A stretch of DNA of 64,000 bases from Desulfatiglandales bacterium (GCA_963662465.1 OY759599.1:1696001-1760000), one strand, 5' to 3'. Numbered from the stretch's first letter, positions 44,255 through 55,422 are shown. Notes: a model not told the origin generated them from the sequence alone. Program-made: numbers and translations.

Positions 44255-45655
44255 ATGACCAGGGAAAAGAGCCTGAAACAATCCCGGGAATTCGCTGAGA
44301 GCATCATCAACACCGTGCGTGAACCCTTAATCGTTCTGGATCAGGACCTCAGGGTGGTCACCGTCAGCCGTTCCTTCTACGGGGTCTTCAAGGTAAAGCC
44401 CGAAGAGACCGTGGGGCAACTTATCTATGACCTCGGCAACAAACAGTGGAATATCCCCAGGCTGCGGGAATTACTGGAAACCATCCTGCCCGAAAAGACC
44501 AGCTTTGACAACTATGAGGTTGAACACGATTTTGCCATTATCGGCAGGCGCACAATGCTGTTGAATGCCCGCCAGATTGAACAAGCGTGGGGCAAAGAGC
44601 GGATCATCCTGCTGGCCATCGAGGACGTTACCGAACGTAAGAAGATAGAAGCCGGCCTGGAAAAGACCCGAAAAGAACTGGCGGTCATAAAAAAAACCGC
44701 GGATGAAGCCAGTGAATTCGCTGAGAGCGTCATCAACACCGTACGCGAACCCTTAATTTCCCTGGACCAGGACCTCAGGGTAGTCACCGTCAGCCGTTCC
44801 TTCTATGAATTCTTTAAGGTAAAACCTGAAGAGACCATAGGGCAGCTTATCTATGACCTGGGAAACAAACAGTGGGATATCCCCAGGCTGCGGGAATTAC
44901 TGGAAACCATCCTGCCCGAAAAGACCAGCTTTGATAACTATGAGGTTAAACACGATTTTGCCACCATCGGCAGGCGCGTCATGCTGTTGAATGCCCGGCA
45001 GATTCAAAGAGTATCGGGAAAGGAACGGATCATCCTTCTGGCTATTGAAGACATTACTGAACGTAAGCATTCAGAGGAAAAGATCCAGCAGATGGCCCTC
45101 CATGATTCCCTGACGGGTCTTCCCAACCGGAAGCTTTTCTCCGATCGCTTGGGCATTGACCTGGCCCAGGCCCAGCGGAATCAAAGAAAAATAGGAATCA
45201 TGATGCTTGACCTCGATAATTTCAAGGACGTTAATGACACCCTTGGCCACGATGTTGGGGATATCCTTCTCAAAGCAACAGCAGAGCGGCTAAGTGCAGC
45301 GCTGAGGAAGGGTGATACCGTTGCGCGCTTTGGCGGCGACGAGTTTGTGCTGATCGTTCATGACATGGAAGCAATAGAATCTGCGACCCAGTTTGCACAG
45401 AGGATCGTTGACAGGTTTCGTAAGCCCTTTTTTATTGACACCCATCAACTTGTTGTGACAACGAGTATCGGCATCGCTGTCTATCCCAATGATGGAATAG
45501 ATGAAGGTATCCTCCTGAAAAATGCAGATATCGCCATGTATCAAGCCAAGCAAGCAGGGCGGTCCCGATACCAGCTCTGTAAAAAGCCTGTAGATGCTAT
45601 ATCAATTGCATCTACCTATTCAAATGCGAAAGAAATCGGCCAATTTATTAAGTGA
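44255..45655 (+). CDS. PAS-PAS-GGDEF diguanylate cyclase
   Basis: HDSLTGLPNR, DLDNFKDVND.LGH.GD, ARFGGDEF intact. Confidence 0.93.
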   Translation: MTREKSLKQSREFAESIINTVREPLIVLDQDLRVVTVSRSFYGVFKVKPEETVGQLIYDLGNKQWNIPRLRELLETILPEKTSFDNYEVEHDFAIIGRRTMLLNARQIEQAWGKERIILLAIEDVTERKKIEAGLEKTRKELAVIKKTADEASEFAESVINTVREPLISLDQDLRVVTVSRSFYEFFKVKPEETIGQLIYDLGNKQWDIPRLRELLETILPEKTSFDNYEVKHDFATIGRRVMLLNARQIQRVSGKERIILLAIEDITERKHSEEKIQQMALHDSLTGLPNRKLFSDRLGIDLAQAQRNQRKIGIMMLDLDNFKDVNDTLGHDVGDILLKATAERLSAALRKGDTVARFGGDEFVLIVHDMEAIESATQFAQRIVDRFRKPFFIDTHQLVVTTSIGIAVYPNDGIDEGILLKNADIAMYQAKQAGRSRYQLCKKPVDAISIASTYSNAKEIGQFIK

Positions 45656-45699
45656 GTTTCTAATCCGTTCTGAAATCAAGTTCAATGGGGGGGTAGACG

Positions 45700-48348
45700 A
45701 TGAAAGACAAATTGGTAATCTTAGTAATCGATGATCAGCCCGAAAACACAGAACTTCTCGAAGCACATCTTGTCCCGCAGGGCTATGAAGTTGTCAAGGC
45801 GGCAAGCGGTGAAGAAGCGCTGAAAATACTTTCCGGTAATCAAATCGATCTGGTTCTGCTGGACATAATGATGCCCCGCATGTCCGGCTTCGAAGTGCTG
45901 GAGAAAATACGCGCCGATAAAAAGACACGGCTTATTCCGGTAGTGATGGTCACGGCGCTTAAAGAGACCGAAGACAGAATAAAGGCCCTTGAGGCAGGAT
46001 GTGATGATTTTATCTCCAAGCCTTTTGACAGGCATGCGCTTTTGGTCAGGGTAAAGTCGCTTCTAAGAATAAAATCTCTGCATGACGAAGTAGAAGAAGC
46101 CCGCAAATACGCTGAGAACATCATCAACACCGTGCGTGAACCCTTAATCGCTCTGGATCAGGATCTAAGGGTGGTCACCGTCAACCGCTCCTTCTATGAA
46201 TTTTTCAAGGTAACACCTGAAGAAACCGTAGGGCAGCTTATTTATGACCTGGGCAACAAACAGTGGGATATTCCCAAGCTGCGGGAATTGCTGGAAACCA
46301 TCCTTCCTGAAAAGACCAGCTTTGACAACTATGAGGTTGAACACGATTTTGCCACCATCGGCAGGCGCGTCATGCTGTTGAATGCCCGCCGGATTGAACA
46401 AGCGATGGGCAAGAAACGGATCATCCTGCTGGCCATCGAGGACATCACCGAGCGTAGTCATCTTGAAGACCTGTTGACAGAGTCTGAAGAGCGCTACAGG
46501 CGCATTTTTGAGACCGCCACCGACGGAATCGTGCTTTTAGAAAAGCGCGAAGGACATATCGTCCGTGCGAATCCGGCCGCCGAGACAATGTTGGGTTATT
46601 CCGAAGCGGAATACATCGGAAAAATGCTGGAGGATATCGGTGTCCCAATCGATATGAATGATTTTCCAATGATAATGGAATCTTTGAACAAGAACGGCAT
46701 TCTTAATTACGAGGATGTTCCGATAAAATCCAAGTCCGGACAGGATTCCCACGCGGACGTATATATGGTCGACAGAGCAAACCTGGCCCAATGTAATATT
46801 CGCGATGTCAGTGAAAGGAAACTGGCCGAGAAAATACTTGCTGAAGAGAAAAAGTTCATTGACAATGCCCTCAATACACTGCAAGACGCGTTCTTTGTTT
46901 TAGATTTAGAGGGAAGATTCCTCAGGTGGAATAAGACATTGACTGCTGTCACCGGCTACACCGACAGGGAAATTTCTTTGAAGAAGGCTACTGATTTATT
47001 CCAGGCGGATGAAAAAGAGCGAGTATCCGGAAGCATTCTGAAAGTGATTGAAGAAGGAAGCGACCATGTTGAAGCAATAATGGTTACCAAAGACGGGAGG
47101 GAAATTCCCTATGCATTCAACGCAGCGATATTGAGTGATGCTCAAAACCAACCCGTAGGCATAAGTGGTGTTGGCAGAGACATCTCCGAGCATCAAAGGC
47201 TTGAAGCCCAACTCCGTCACGCCCAGAAGATGGAGGCAGTCGGCACGCTGGCAGGGGGGATTGCCCACGATTTCAATAATATCCTCAATGTGATCATGGG
47301 CTATGGCGCCATTGTCGAGGACACGCTGGAACCCGGCAGTCCTGTTAGGGAAGATATGAAGGAGGTACTCATTGCCGCCGACAGGGCCGCGGATCTTACC
47401 CGAAGGCTGCTTGTCTTCAGCAGAAAAGATGTTGTTAATATTATGCCCATTGACATCAATGAAATTATTCTTGGCTTGAAGAAGATGCTTGAACGCATTA
47501 TCAGTGAGAGTATTGAGTTTGATATTGAGCTTAGCGACATGCCTTTGACAGTGCTGGCTGATGCGGGGCAGATAGAGCAGGTCCTGATAAATCTGGCTGT
47601 AAATTCCAAAGACGCAATGCAGGAAGGCGGTCGGTTGACGATCAGCACGGGCCTTCAAGAATTGAATGATGAATATGTTGCGGCGTATGGATATGGCAAA
47701 CCAGGGACATATGCACTGATCACGGTTGCCGATACAGGTCAGGGAATGGATGCGGAGACACAGAAGAAGATATTCGACCCTTTTTTTACCACAAAAGAGA
47801 TTGGAAAAGGAACAGGGCTTGGCCTTTCAATTTCTTACGGAATCATAAAACAGCATGGCGGATACACAAATGTTTACAGCGAACCGGGACAAGGCACGGT
47901 ATTCAAGATATACCTGCCGCTCAATGAAGACGCGGCATCCCTGGAGAAGGAAAAGGAGGCCGCCGCTTCTGTCAAGCACGGAAATGAGACTGTCCTTGTG
48001 GTCGAAGACGACGCTTCCGTAAGGAAATTGGCGACCATAGTGCTGGAGTCTTTCGGATACAGTGTTATCGCCGCTGTAGACGGCGAAGATGCCATCGCAA
48101 AATTCATGGAAAACAGGGAACGGATCAGCATCGTCCTGCTTGATATGATCATGCCGAAGAAAAGCGGGGAAGAAGTCGGTGAGGCAATCAGAAAAGTAAG
48201 CCCGGGGGTAAAAATACTCTTTGCGAGTGGATATACCATGGATATGATCAAAGGCAAAGAATTGATGGAGGCCGGTTCTGACTTTATCCAAAAGCCTTTC
48301 ACGCCGAAAGCTCTTCTGATAAAGGTGAGGGAGGTTCTGGACAGATGA
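45700..48348 (+). CDS. Hybrid sensor histidine kinase (REC-PASx3-HisKA-HATPase-REC)
   Basis: AGGIAHDFNNIL, NLAVNSKDAM, DTGQGM, FFTTK..GTGLGL; receivers at both ends. Confidence 0.93.
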   Translation: MKDKLVILVIDDQPENTELLEAHLVPQGYEVVKAASGEEALKILSGNQIDLVLLDIMMPRMSGFEVLEKIRADKKTRLIPVVMVTALKETEDRIKALEAGCDDFISKPFDRHALLVRVKSLLRIKSLHDEVEEARKYAENIINTVREPLIALDQDLRVVTVNRSFYEFFKVTPEETVGQLIYDLGNKQWDIPKLRELLETILPEKTSFDNYEVEHDFATIGRRVMLLNARRIEQAMGKKRIILLAIEDITERSHLEDLLTESEERYRRIFETATDGIVLLEKREGHIVRANPAAETMLGYSEAEYIGKMLEDIGVPIDMNDFPMIMESLNKNGILNYEDVPIKSKSGQDSHADVYMVDRANLAQCNIRDVSERKLAEKILAEEKKFIDNALNTLQDAFFVLDLEGRFLRWNKTLTAVTGYTDREISLKKATDLFQADEKERVSGSILKVIEEGSDHVEAIMVTKDGREIPYAFNAAILSDAQNQPVGISGVGRDISEHQRLEAQLRHAQKMEAVGTLAGGIAHDFNNILNVIMGYGAIVEDTLEPGSPVREDMKEVLIAADRAADLTRRLLVFSRKDVVNIMPIDINEIILGLKKMLERIISESIEFDIELSDMPLTVLADAGQIEQVLINLAVNSKDAMQEGGRLTISTGLQELNDEYVAAYGYGKPGTYALITVADTGQGMDAETQKKIFDPFFTTKEIGKGTGLGLSISYGIIKQHGGYTNVYSEPGQGTVFKIYLPLNEDAASLEKEKEAAASVKHGNETVLVVEDDASVRKLATIVLESFGYSVIAAVDGEDAIAKFMENRERISIVLLDMIMPKKSGEEVGEAIRKVSPGVKILFASGYTMDMIKGKELMEAGSDFIQKPFTPKALLIKVREVLDR

Positions 48349-49997
48349 AAGGAAATACTCTACCCAACACCAACGAGCAACTCCAGAGAGAGCTTGCCGA
48401 GAGCAAGAAGCTGGAACAGGAACTGTTGGACCTTTCCTCTCGCCAGGAAGCCATACTGGCCGCTGTGCCGGAGTTGATCATGGAGGTGGACAACCACAAT
48501 ATCTATACCTGGGCGAATCAGGCCGGCTTTGCCTTCTTCGGCGATGATGTGATCGGCAAGGAAGCCGCCTTTTACTTTATGGGCGAACAGGTTTCCGACA
48601 CAGCGGTTCAGCCTCAGTTCGATGGCCACCAAGACCTGATCTGTGTCCAGAGTTGGCAGCGGCGCAAGGATGGGGAAAAGCGCCTGCTCGCCTGGCAGTG
48701 CCGGGTGCTTAAGGATAAAAGCGGAAACGTCACTGGCGCTCTGTCTTTTGCGCGTGACATTACCGAGCAGAATCAAGCGGCGGAGGAGCGTAAAGAAATG
48801 ATCCTGTGGCAGGAGGGTATCAGCCTGCTCCAGCAGTCGCTTCTCACGCCGGCTTCGCTTGAAGACAAACTCAGGCTTATCACCGACTACATTGTCCGGT
48901 TCTTCGGGGCCGATTTCTGTCGAATTTGGCTGATTCGGGCAGGCGACTTATGTGAACGCGGCTGCGTCCACGCCGGAGTGCAGGAAGGGCCGCATGTCTG
49001 CCATTACCGCGACCGATGTCTGCACTTGCTGGCGAGTTCCGGCCGCTATACCCACATAGACGGAAAGGTCCACTGTCGGGTCCCGTATGGCGCCTACAAA
49101 ATCGGGCGCATCGCGTCGGACGAAGATCACAAGTTCTTGACCAACGATGTGACGAACGATCCTCGCGTTCATCACCACGAATGGGCACGCGAGCTGGAGC
49201 TGGTCTCCTTCGCGGGATATCAGCTCCGAATTCCCGGCGCAGAGACACTGGGGGTTCTCGCTCTCTTTAGCAAGCACCCCATACTCCCTGCTGAAGACGC
49301 CCTGCTGGATGCAGTGAGCAGCACCCTCGCTCTAACCATTCAACAAGCCCAAGGGGAGGAGGCGTTGCGGAAGAGCGAGTTTTTTATGAATAAGCTGCTG
49401 GAAACCATCCCGATCCCGGTTTTCTATAAGGACAGGGAAGGGCGATATCTGGGGTTCAACAAGACGTTCGAGACCTTTTTCGGGAAAAGCAAGGAAGAAC
49501 TGATTGGCAAAAGTGTGTTTGATTTCAACCCTACCGAACTTGCGGAAACCTATCATGCCCAGGACTGCAAGCTATTCGAGAACCCAGCTGTTCAGGTATA
49601 TGATTCACAGGTACTGGACGCGCACGGCGCCATGCACGACGTGATATTTCACAAGGCCTCGCTCACCGACACACAAGGCGCAATCACCGGTCTGGTTGGA
49701 GCGATCCTTGATGTTACCAAGCGCAAGCATGCTGAAGAGGAATTACAACGATATTCCGCTGAACTCGAAAAGAAAAACAAGGAGCTTCTCGATGCTCTTG
49801 CGAATGTGAAGCAATTAACCGGCATGTTGCCCATATGCGCGTCATGTAAAAAGATCAGGGACGACAAAGGATACTGGAGTGCCGTTGAATCTTACATAGG
49901 CAAGCATTCAGAAGCTGTGTTCAGTCATGGCCTCTGCCCGGAGTGTGAAAAAAAGGCGTATGAGGATTTGGAGAAATTACTCAAGAAAGACAATTGA
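48345..49997 (+). CDS. PAS-GAF-PAS protein with C-terminal Cys/His zinc-binding-like domain
   Basis: PAS and GAF motifs; C-terminal [26 protein letters not shown]; no kinase domain. Confidence 0.85.
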   Translation: MKGNTLPNTNEQLQRELAESKKLEQELLDLSSRQEAILAAVPELIMEVDNHNIYTWANQAGFAFFGDDVIGKEAAFYFMGEQVSDTAVQPQFDGHQDLICVQSWQRRKDGEKRLLAWQCRVLKDKSGNVTGALSFARDITEQNQAAEERKEMILWQEGISLLQQSLLTPASLEDKLRLITDYIVRFFGADFCRIWLIRAGDLCERGCVHAGVQEGPHVCHYRDRCLHLLASSGRYTHIDGKVHCRVPYGAYKIGRIASDEDHKFLTNDVTNDPRVHHHEWARELELVSFAGYQLRIPGAETLGVLALFSKHPILPAEDALLDAVSSTLALTIQQAQGEEALRKSEFFMNKLLETIPIPVFYKDREGRYLGFNKTFETFFGKSKEELIGKSVFDFNPTELAETYHAQDCKLFENPAVQVYDSQVLDAHGAMHDVIFHKASLTDTQGAITGLVGAILDVTKRKHAEEELQRYSAELEKKNKELLDALANVKQLTGMLPICASCKKIRDDKGYWSAVESYIGKHSEAVFSHGLCPECEKKAYEDLEKLLKKDN

Positions 49998-50034
49998 AAT
50001 GCATATTCAGGAGAAGGGGTCAAGGGAATCTCAA

Positions 50035-51081
50035 ATGCCGGATGAAAAAATATTGCTTGTGGACGATGAGGATAGCAACCTCAGGCTGTTTACTAAGTGG
50101 CTCATTCCATTAGGCTATGACGTTGAACTTGCCTCAAACGGGGAGGAGGCGGTGCGGAAGGTCAGGGAGAGCAAGCCCGACCTGATCATACTTGATATCA
50201 TGATGCCGGTCATGGATGGCTTCGAGGCATGCAAAATATTAAAAGAAGACCCGAAGACAAAGAATATACCGATCATTATGGTGACGGCGCTTCACGAAAG
50301 GAAATCAAAATTAAAAGGGCTCTCAGTTTCCGCAAATGATTTTCTTTCCAAACCCATCGATCAGACCGAATTAACCATCCGTGTCAAAAACCTTCTTAAG
50401 ATCAAGGCCTTCGACGACTTTATGCTCAGGCATAATGAGATACTTGAAAAGCAGGTGCGGGAAAAAACCCGGGACATTAAAAATATGAGCAACGAGATGG
50501 TGCAGAAACTGACGGCAGCCGCGGAATTTCGTGATACGGACACAGGCGCTCATATAGCGAGGATAGGGTTTTATGCCAACAAGATCGCAGCTGCGCTGAA
50601 TATGCCGATAGACTTCATTGAGACGATAACCTTTTCGAGCCAGCTGCATGACATCGGCAAGATCGGGATTCCGGACAGCATCCTCTTAAAGCCGGGTCCT
50701 CTTACCCGTGATGAATATGAGATCATGAAAACTCATGCCGCCATGGGCGGGAAGATCCTCTCGGGATCAACCCATCCCGGTATTCGGATGGCCGCCTCCA
50801 TTGCCTTACATCATCACGAACGGTGGGACGGCGGGGGGTATCCAAGAGGGCTGAAAGGAGAAGAAACGCCGATTGAGGGCAGGATAGTCATCCTTGTCGA
50901 CCAATATGACGCACTCCGGAGTCATAGGCCCTACAAACCTGCTTTTGACCATCAACAGACGTTCAAGATTATCACCGAGGGTGATGGAAGAACCATGCCG
51001 GAACATTTTGACACGGCGGTCCTCAAGACCTTCAAGGAAATCGCACCCCTATTTGAAGAGATATTTGATCAGCATCAATAG
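50035..51081 (+). CDS. REC + HD-GYP c-di-GMP phosphodiesterase
   Basis: [19 protein letters not shown]. Confidence 0.93.
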   Translation: MPDEKILLVDDEDSNLRLFTKWLIPLGYDVELASNGEEAVRKVRESKPDLIILDIMMPVMDGFEACKILKEDPKTKNIPIIMVTALHERKSKLKGLSVSANDFLSKPIDQTELTIRVKNLLKIKAFDDFMLRHNEILEKQVREKTRDIKNMSNEMVQKLTAAAEFRDTDTGAHIARIGFYANKIAAALNMPIDFIETITFSSQLHDIGKIGIPDSILLKPGPLTRDEYEIMKTHAAMGGKILSGSTHPGIRMAASIALHHHERWDGGGYPRGLKGEETPIEGRIVILVDQYDALRSHRPYKPAFDHQQTFKIITEGDGRTMPEHFDTAVLKTFKEIAPLFEEIFDQHQ

Positions 51082-51234
51082 GGATGAGATATGGAAAAAA
51101 CGGCGTTTTATTCGGGAGAAACCCGAAATCCCGCCTCTTATGCGGATCAATCTAATCATTATTCGTCACGAATGGCCCATCGTAAGTATCGCGTGGACAT
51201 GGGGCCATTTTTGAGTTGTTCTGGAGGTTTGACG

Positions 51235-51855
51235 ATGCGACAAATATGGGTTATGGCCTGTTTATCGATAATACTTATCGCAGGTCAGACGAGTGCGGCT
51301 GACAGAGCACATAAGGCGGAAGCCGCTGAGAACAAAGCGGGGGTACTGGAGCAGAACTCCGCAGTAGAGGGGAGTAAGAGGCCCCCTTCTCGATCCGAGA
51401 TCATCACGAAGATTGAAGTGCAGGCAGTCGATCCGGTCGGTGAAGAGCCCCTGGACGATGCGATCACCTGTCTTTCACGCGCCATCTACTGGGAGGCCAA
51501 AAACGAGGGCGCTGCCGGCATGGAAGCAGTTGCCGGTGTTGTTATGAACCGGTTAGGCTATCAGGGCTTTCCAAACACGATTTGTGGCGTTGTCACACAA
51601 GGCAATGAGGTGGGTGCCTGTCAGTTCTCGTGGTGGTGCGATGGCCGTTCTGATGACGCAGAAGAGGATAAACACTACGCGATCGCCAAGGAAATAGCGA
51701 GAAAAGCTCTCAACCGGCAACTACCGGACCGGACTTGTGGAGCGATGTATTTCCACCAGCGGAAAGCTACCCCAGGTTGGTCAGCGCAATACATCAAGAC
51801 TGTGGAGATTGGCGAGCATATCTTCTACAAGCTTCACGATGACATAGCAAAATAA
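51235..51855 (+). CDS. Cell wall hydrolase (SleB/Hydrolase_2 family)
   Basis: CLSRAIYWEA..AVAGVVMNR..FPNTICGVV..CQFSW..IGEHIFY. Confidence 0.9.
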   Translation: MRQIWVMACLSIILIAGQTSAADRAHKAEAAENKAGVLEQNSAVEGSKRPPSRSEIITKIEVQAVDPVGEEPLDDAITCLSRAIYWEAKNEGAAGMEAVAGVVMNRLGYQGFPNTICGVVTQGNEVGACQFSWWCDGRSDDAEEDKHYAIAKEIARKALNRQLPDRTCGAMYFHQRKATPGWSAQYIKTVEIGEHIFYKLHDDIAK

Positions 51856-51918
51856 GCACCTACTCATTCAGGCTTCATCCGATGACTCACTGGGATTAAG
51901 AGAAGCCACGTTCGTTCA

Positions 51919-52356
51919 TTACGGCGCCGTTTTAAACAACCTTTCATAGATGCTCCGTGCCTGCCTTAGGTTGCCGCTGCGCTCGTAACCTTCGCTGATC
52001 TCGATCAGGCCTTTCCGGGCCTGGACCGCTTCCAGGGTGTCGGGGTGGCAGTCAATCAATTCAAAGTACATTTCGGCCGCCTGGTGGGGGGCGTTGGTTG
52101 CCTGGTAGGCGTCGGCCATTTTCAGAAGGCGATTCAGTAGTCCGGAACCGGCTTCAACTACGGCGGCGGCTTCAACCACTGCGGCCGTTTCAATCACCGA
52201 AGCGGCTTCAACCACGGCGGCGGCTTTAGCCACAGCGGCCGTTTGAACCACCGAAGCGGCTTCAACCACGGCGGTATCAGCGGCGTGATTGACGGCCGCA
52301 ACAAGGGTGGCTTCGTCGGTATCTCTATGAACTTTTGTTCTTCGCTCCTGTTTCAT
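51919..52356 (-). CDS. Hypothetical protein with Ala/Val-rich tandem repeats and TPR-like C-terminus
   Basis: AAVVEAASV-type repeats; GGAGG RBS; preceded by a sigma54 module. Confidence 0.7.
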   Translation of the reverse strand: MKQERRTKVHRDTDEATLVAAVNHAADTAVVEAASVVQTAAVAKAAAVVEAASVIETAAVVEAAAVVEAGSGLLNRLLKMADAYQATNAPHQAAEMYFELIDCHPDTLEAVQARKGLIEISEGYERSGNLRQARSIYERLFKTAP

Positions 52357-52425
52357 TTTTCCCTCCTGTGACAACAGATTATGGAACAGCTCATTGTTTT
52401 TATAGTAATCATGCAAATTGTATCT

Positions 52426-52575
52426 GCAAAGGGCCTGCCAACAATTGGAGAAAAAGCAAAATCCTGCAATAATCCATTAATAACGATTTGTTATATGAAT
52501 AGGAGAGGCGCGTGGAGGAGTTTAAAATGATAGCTTAGCCCTCAATATTTGGTGGAAACCTCAATATACTGAGGG
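52426..52575 (-). promoter_or_regulatory. Palindrome + IHF-like box + sigma54 promoter (minus strand)
   Basis: Palindrome 52539-52575; minus-strand TTGGCAGGCCCTTTGC 52426-52441 (100 bp); activator 3' scrap at ~52580-52700. Confidence 0.85.
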
Positions 52576-52774
52576 AGCTTTTGAGGATAGCAGGGAAGTT
52601 TAATCCGGCACTTTGGCCTCCGGACGGACGATCCCGAGCTTATGCATCCTTACTCTCAAGGTACTCGGGTGGATGCACAGGATCTCCACGGCTCCGTTCT
52701 TTTAGAGGAACAACGTGATAAGCTAATTTCGGAACTTCAAAAGACACTATCAGAGGTTAAAACATTAAAGTTTC

Positions 52775-52922
52775 CCCTCGATATATGGAGGTTCCACCAA
52801 ATATTGAGGGTAAACGATCATTTCAAACTTTTCCGTTTTTCCATCATTTCAATCTAACGCTTTGTTATTAATGGATGAATCCATCCTCCCACTTTCTTCC
52901 ACTTGTTGGCATGAGATTTGCA
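52775..52922 (+). promoter_or_regulatory. Palindrome + IHF-like box + sigma54 promoter (upstream of gpmA)
   Basis: Palindrome 52775-52810; TTGGCATGAGATTTGCA with GG at 52908 (98 bp). Confidence 0.85.
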
Positions 52923-52983
52923 GTACCTATTTGCATGAGTTTGATTATCATACGAATAGCAAGGAATAACATAGGGTGACAGG

Positions 52984-53730
52984 ATGATGAAATTGGCGCT
53001 ATTGCGGCACGGTGAAAGCTTGTGGAATAGGGAAAACCGTTTTTCGGGGTGGACGGATGTTGATCTTTCCGACCATGGGATGATCGAAGCTCGAGAAGCC
53101 GGCAAAACACTCAAATCTGAAGGCTACGACTTCGATATCGCCTATACCTCAGTGCTGAGGCGCGCCATACGCACACTTTGGATTGTGCTGGATGAACTTG
53201 ATCAAATGTGGATTCCTGTCGAACGTTCGTGGCGTCTGAATGAGCGGCACTATGGGGCTCTGCAAGGTCTGAACAAGGCGGAGACCGCAAAACGCTTTGG
53301 GAATGATCAGGTACTTCTTTGGCGCAGAAGCTATGATATCAGGCCCCCGGCTTTGGAGAAGACGGACGACCGATATCCGGTCCATGATCCGCGTTATCGG
53401 GAATTGGATGATCGCGATTTGCCGCTAACAGAGTGTTTAAGAGACGCGGTCGAGCGCTTTTTGTCCTATTGGCGCGGATCTATTGCACCAACCATCAAAG
53501 CGGGAAAAAATGCAATCATCGTAGCTCACGGTAACAGCCTGCGGGCACTGGTGAAGTATCTCGACAATGTTTCAGACGAAGACATCGTTACGCTGAATAT
53601 TCCTACCGGAATACCGTTGGTGTATGAGCTGGATAAGGAGCTGCGGCCTATCAAACATTACTATTTGGGGAATTCAGAATCTGTGGTGCAAGCAGCGAAG
53701 GCTGTGGCGAACCAAGGTAAAGCGCACTAA
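52984..53730 (+). CDS. gpmA: 2,3-bisphosphoglycerate-dependent phosphoglycerate mutase
   Basis: [49 protein letters not shown]. Confidence 0.96.
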   Translation: MMKLALLRHGESLWNRENRFSGWTDVDLSDHGMIEAREAGKTLKSEGYDFDIAYTSVLRRAIRTLWIVLDELDQMWIPVERSWRLNERHYGALQGLNKAETAKRFGNDQVLLWRRSYDIRPPALEKTDDRYPVHDPRYRELDDRDLPLTECLRDAVERFLSYWRGSIAPTIKAGKNAIIVAHGNSLRALVKYLDNVSDEDIVTLNIPTGIPLVYELDKELRPIKHYYLGNSESVVQAAKAVANQGKAH

Positions 53731-53811
53731 AAAGATCAGCCAACAAGGCGGATTCAGGCGACGACAAATTAGTGGTCGCTATCATCTGCCAACAGGAAGG
53801 AGGTGATTAAT

Positions 53812-53952
53812 ATGCCAAATAAAGACGGAACCGGACCCAAAGGTCAGGGACCAAAAGACGGCCATGGTAAAGGTAAGGGCAAGGGCAATAGCCCTGGTCA
53901 AGGTCCGATGACTGGAGGAAAGAAAGGAATTAAGGAAGAAACCAAAAAGTAA
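53812..53952 (+). CDS. Gly/Lys-rich small protein (46 aa, DUF5320-like)
   Basis: MPNKDGTGPKGQGP..GPMTGG; AGGAGGTG RBS; not in ORF track. Confidence 0.7.
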   Translation: MPNKDGTGPKGQGPKDGHGKGKGKGNSPGQGPMTGGKKGIKEETKK

Positions 53953-53981
53953 GCCGGATTTAAAAGCGAGAATTGAAGGCT

Positions 53982-54089
53982 TGCGAACAATCGCATGAGC
54001 GCAGACCAGAAAGGCCGGGGCAAATATTATTGTGGATCTTCATGTCCTGTGCCCCGGCCTTTTTTGGCTGCTTATGCGGAGCGTTATGT
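53982..54089 (+). other. Solitary integron attC-like site
   Basis: GCGAAC-AATC-GCATGAGCGCAG..AAAGGCCGGGGCA/TGCCCCGGCCTTT..CTGCTTATGCGGAGC-GTTATGT. Confidence 0.7.
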
Positions 54090-54121
54090 ATGAAGCAACA
54101 AAACGAGAAGAGGCGTTACGA

Positions 54122-55144
54122 ATGAACAACGATACACTCAGATCTGTAGCAAAAGCAATCGTCGCGAAACAGAAGGGCGTGCTGGCGGCGGACGAAAGCA
54201 ATCCCACGATCAAGAAGCGCTTCGCTTCGATCAAGGTCGAGTCCACCGAAGAAAATCGCCGGCGGTACCGCGAAATCCTTTTTACAGGCGAAGGGATTGA
54301 ACGTTATATCGGAGGGGTCATTCTCTTCGACGAAACGCTGCGCCAAGGCACTCGGGACGGTACTCCCTTTGCGGAGCTGCTATCGAGCCGGGGGATCGTA
54401 CCGGGGATCAAGGTGGACAAAGGCGCTAAAGCGCTGGCATTGTACCCTGGCGACAAAATCACCGAGGGGCTTGACGGCCTGCGCGAGCGGCTCGTCGAGT
54501 ACAAACAGATGGGGGCTAAGTTCGCTAAGTGGCGGGCGGTTATTGAGATCAACGAGCGCGATGTTCCTTCGGCGTTCGGTATTCGTGCGAATGCCCACGT
54601 ATTAGCGCGTTATGCCGCGCTCTGCCAGGAATTGGACATTGTGCCGATCGTGGAACCGGAAGTACTCATGGATGGCGCCCACAACATGGAACGGTGTGAA
54701 GTTGTCACATCCAGGGTTCTCGAAGCAGTGTTCACCGAACTTGATGCCCACGGTGTGCTTTTCGAGGGTATGTTGCTAAAGCCGAATATGGTTATCGCCG
54801 GTATGAAATGCGCGCGTCAGGAAAACGTGCAGCGGGTTGCAGAGGCCACGGTCCGTTGCCTGAACCGCTATGTGCCGGCGGCTGTTCCTGGAATCGTATT
54901 CCTGTCCGGTGGGCAGAGCGCAGAAGATGCCACTGACCACCTGAACGCCATAAACATGATGGGCCCGCATCCGTGGCAAGTCAGTTTTTCTTATGGGCGT
55001 GCGTTGCAGGCGCCGGTGCTTGCGACCTGGAAAGGTCAGGAAGGCAATCTGGCTGCCGCTCAGAAGACGCTTTTGAAACGTTGCCGGTTAAACGGTCTCG
55101 CTCGCGACGGAAAGTATGCCCGGGCAATGGAAACGGCTGGATAA
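54122..55144 (+). CDS. Class I (eukaryote-type) fructose-bisphosphate aldolase
   Basis: GVLAADES, GIKVDKG, FAKWRAV, VPIVEPEV, LLKPNMV, FLSGGQS, FSYGRALQ. Confidence 0.95.
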   Translation: MNNDTLRSVAKAIVAKQKGVLAADESNPTIKKRFASIKVESTEENRRRYREILFTGEGIERYIGGVILFDETLRQGTRDGTPFAELLSSRGIVPGIKVDKGAKALALYPGDKITEGLDGLRERLVEYKQMGAKFAKWRAVIEINERDVPSAFGIRANAHVLARYAALCQELDIVPIVEPEVLMDGAHNMERCEVVTSRVLEAVFTELDAHGVLFEGMLLKPNMVIAGMKCARQENVQRVAEATVRCLNRYVPAAVPGIVFLSGGQSAEDATDHLNAINMMGPHPWQVSFSYGRALQAPVLATWKGQEGNLAAAQKTLLKRCRLNGLARDGKYARAMETAG

Positions 55145-55422
55145 TCAGCATGATTTAATCGTAATAAAAACCAGAACGCTACCACACTACCGTGGCCGAC
55201 GTAGCCCTTCGCAAAAGCCCTTTTTGGGAGGAAATGTTCAGTAAAGGAAGAGTTGACGGGAGACAAACATTTTAATCCTGGAGGTTATTATGAAAGAAAA
55301 AAGGGCTCAACGCGGATTAACGTGAAAAAATGTTTCGCCACCAAGAAAAACCTCGCTGCATTCGTCATAAAGAATCGTATGTATTCGGAACCCGACGATC
55401 CCATGGTTATTTTTCCCACGCG

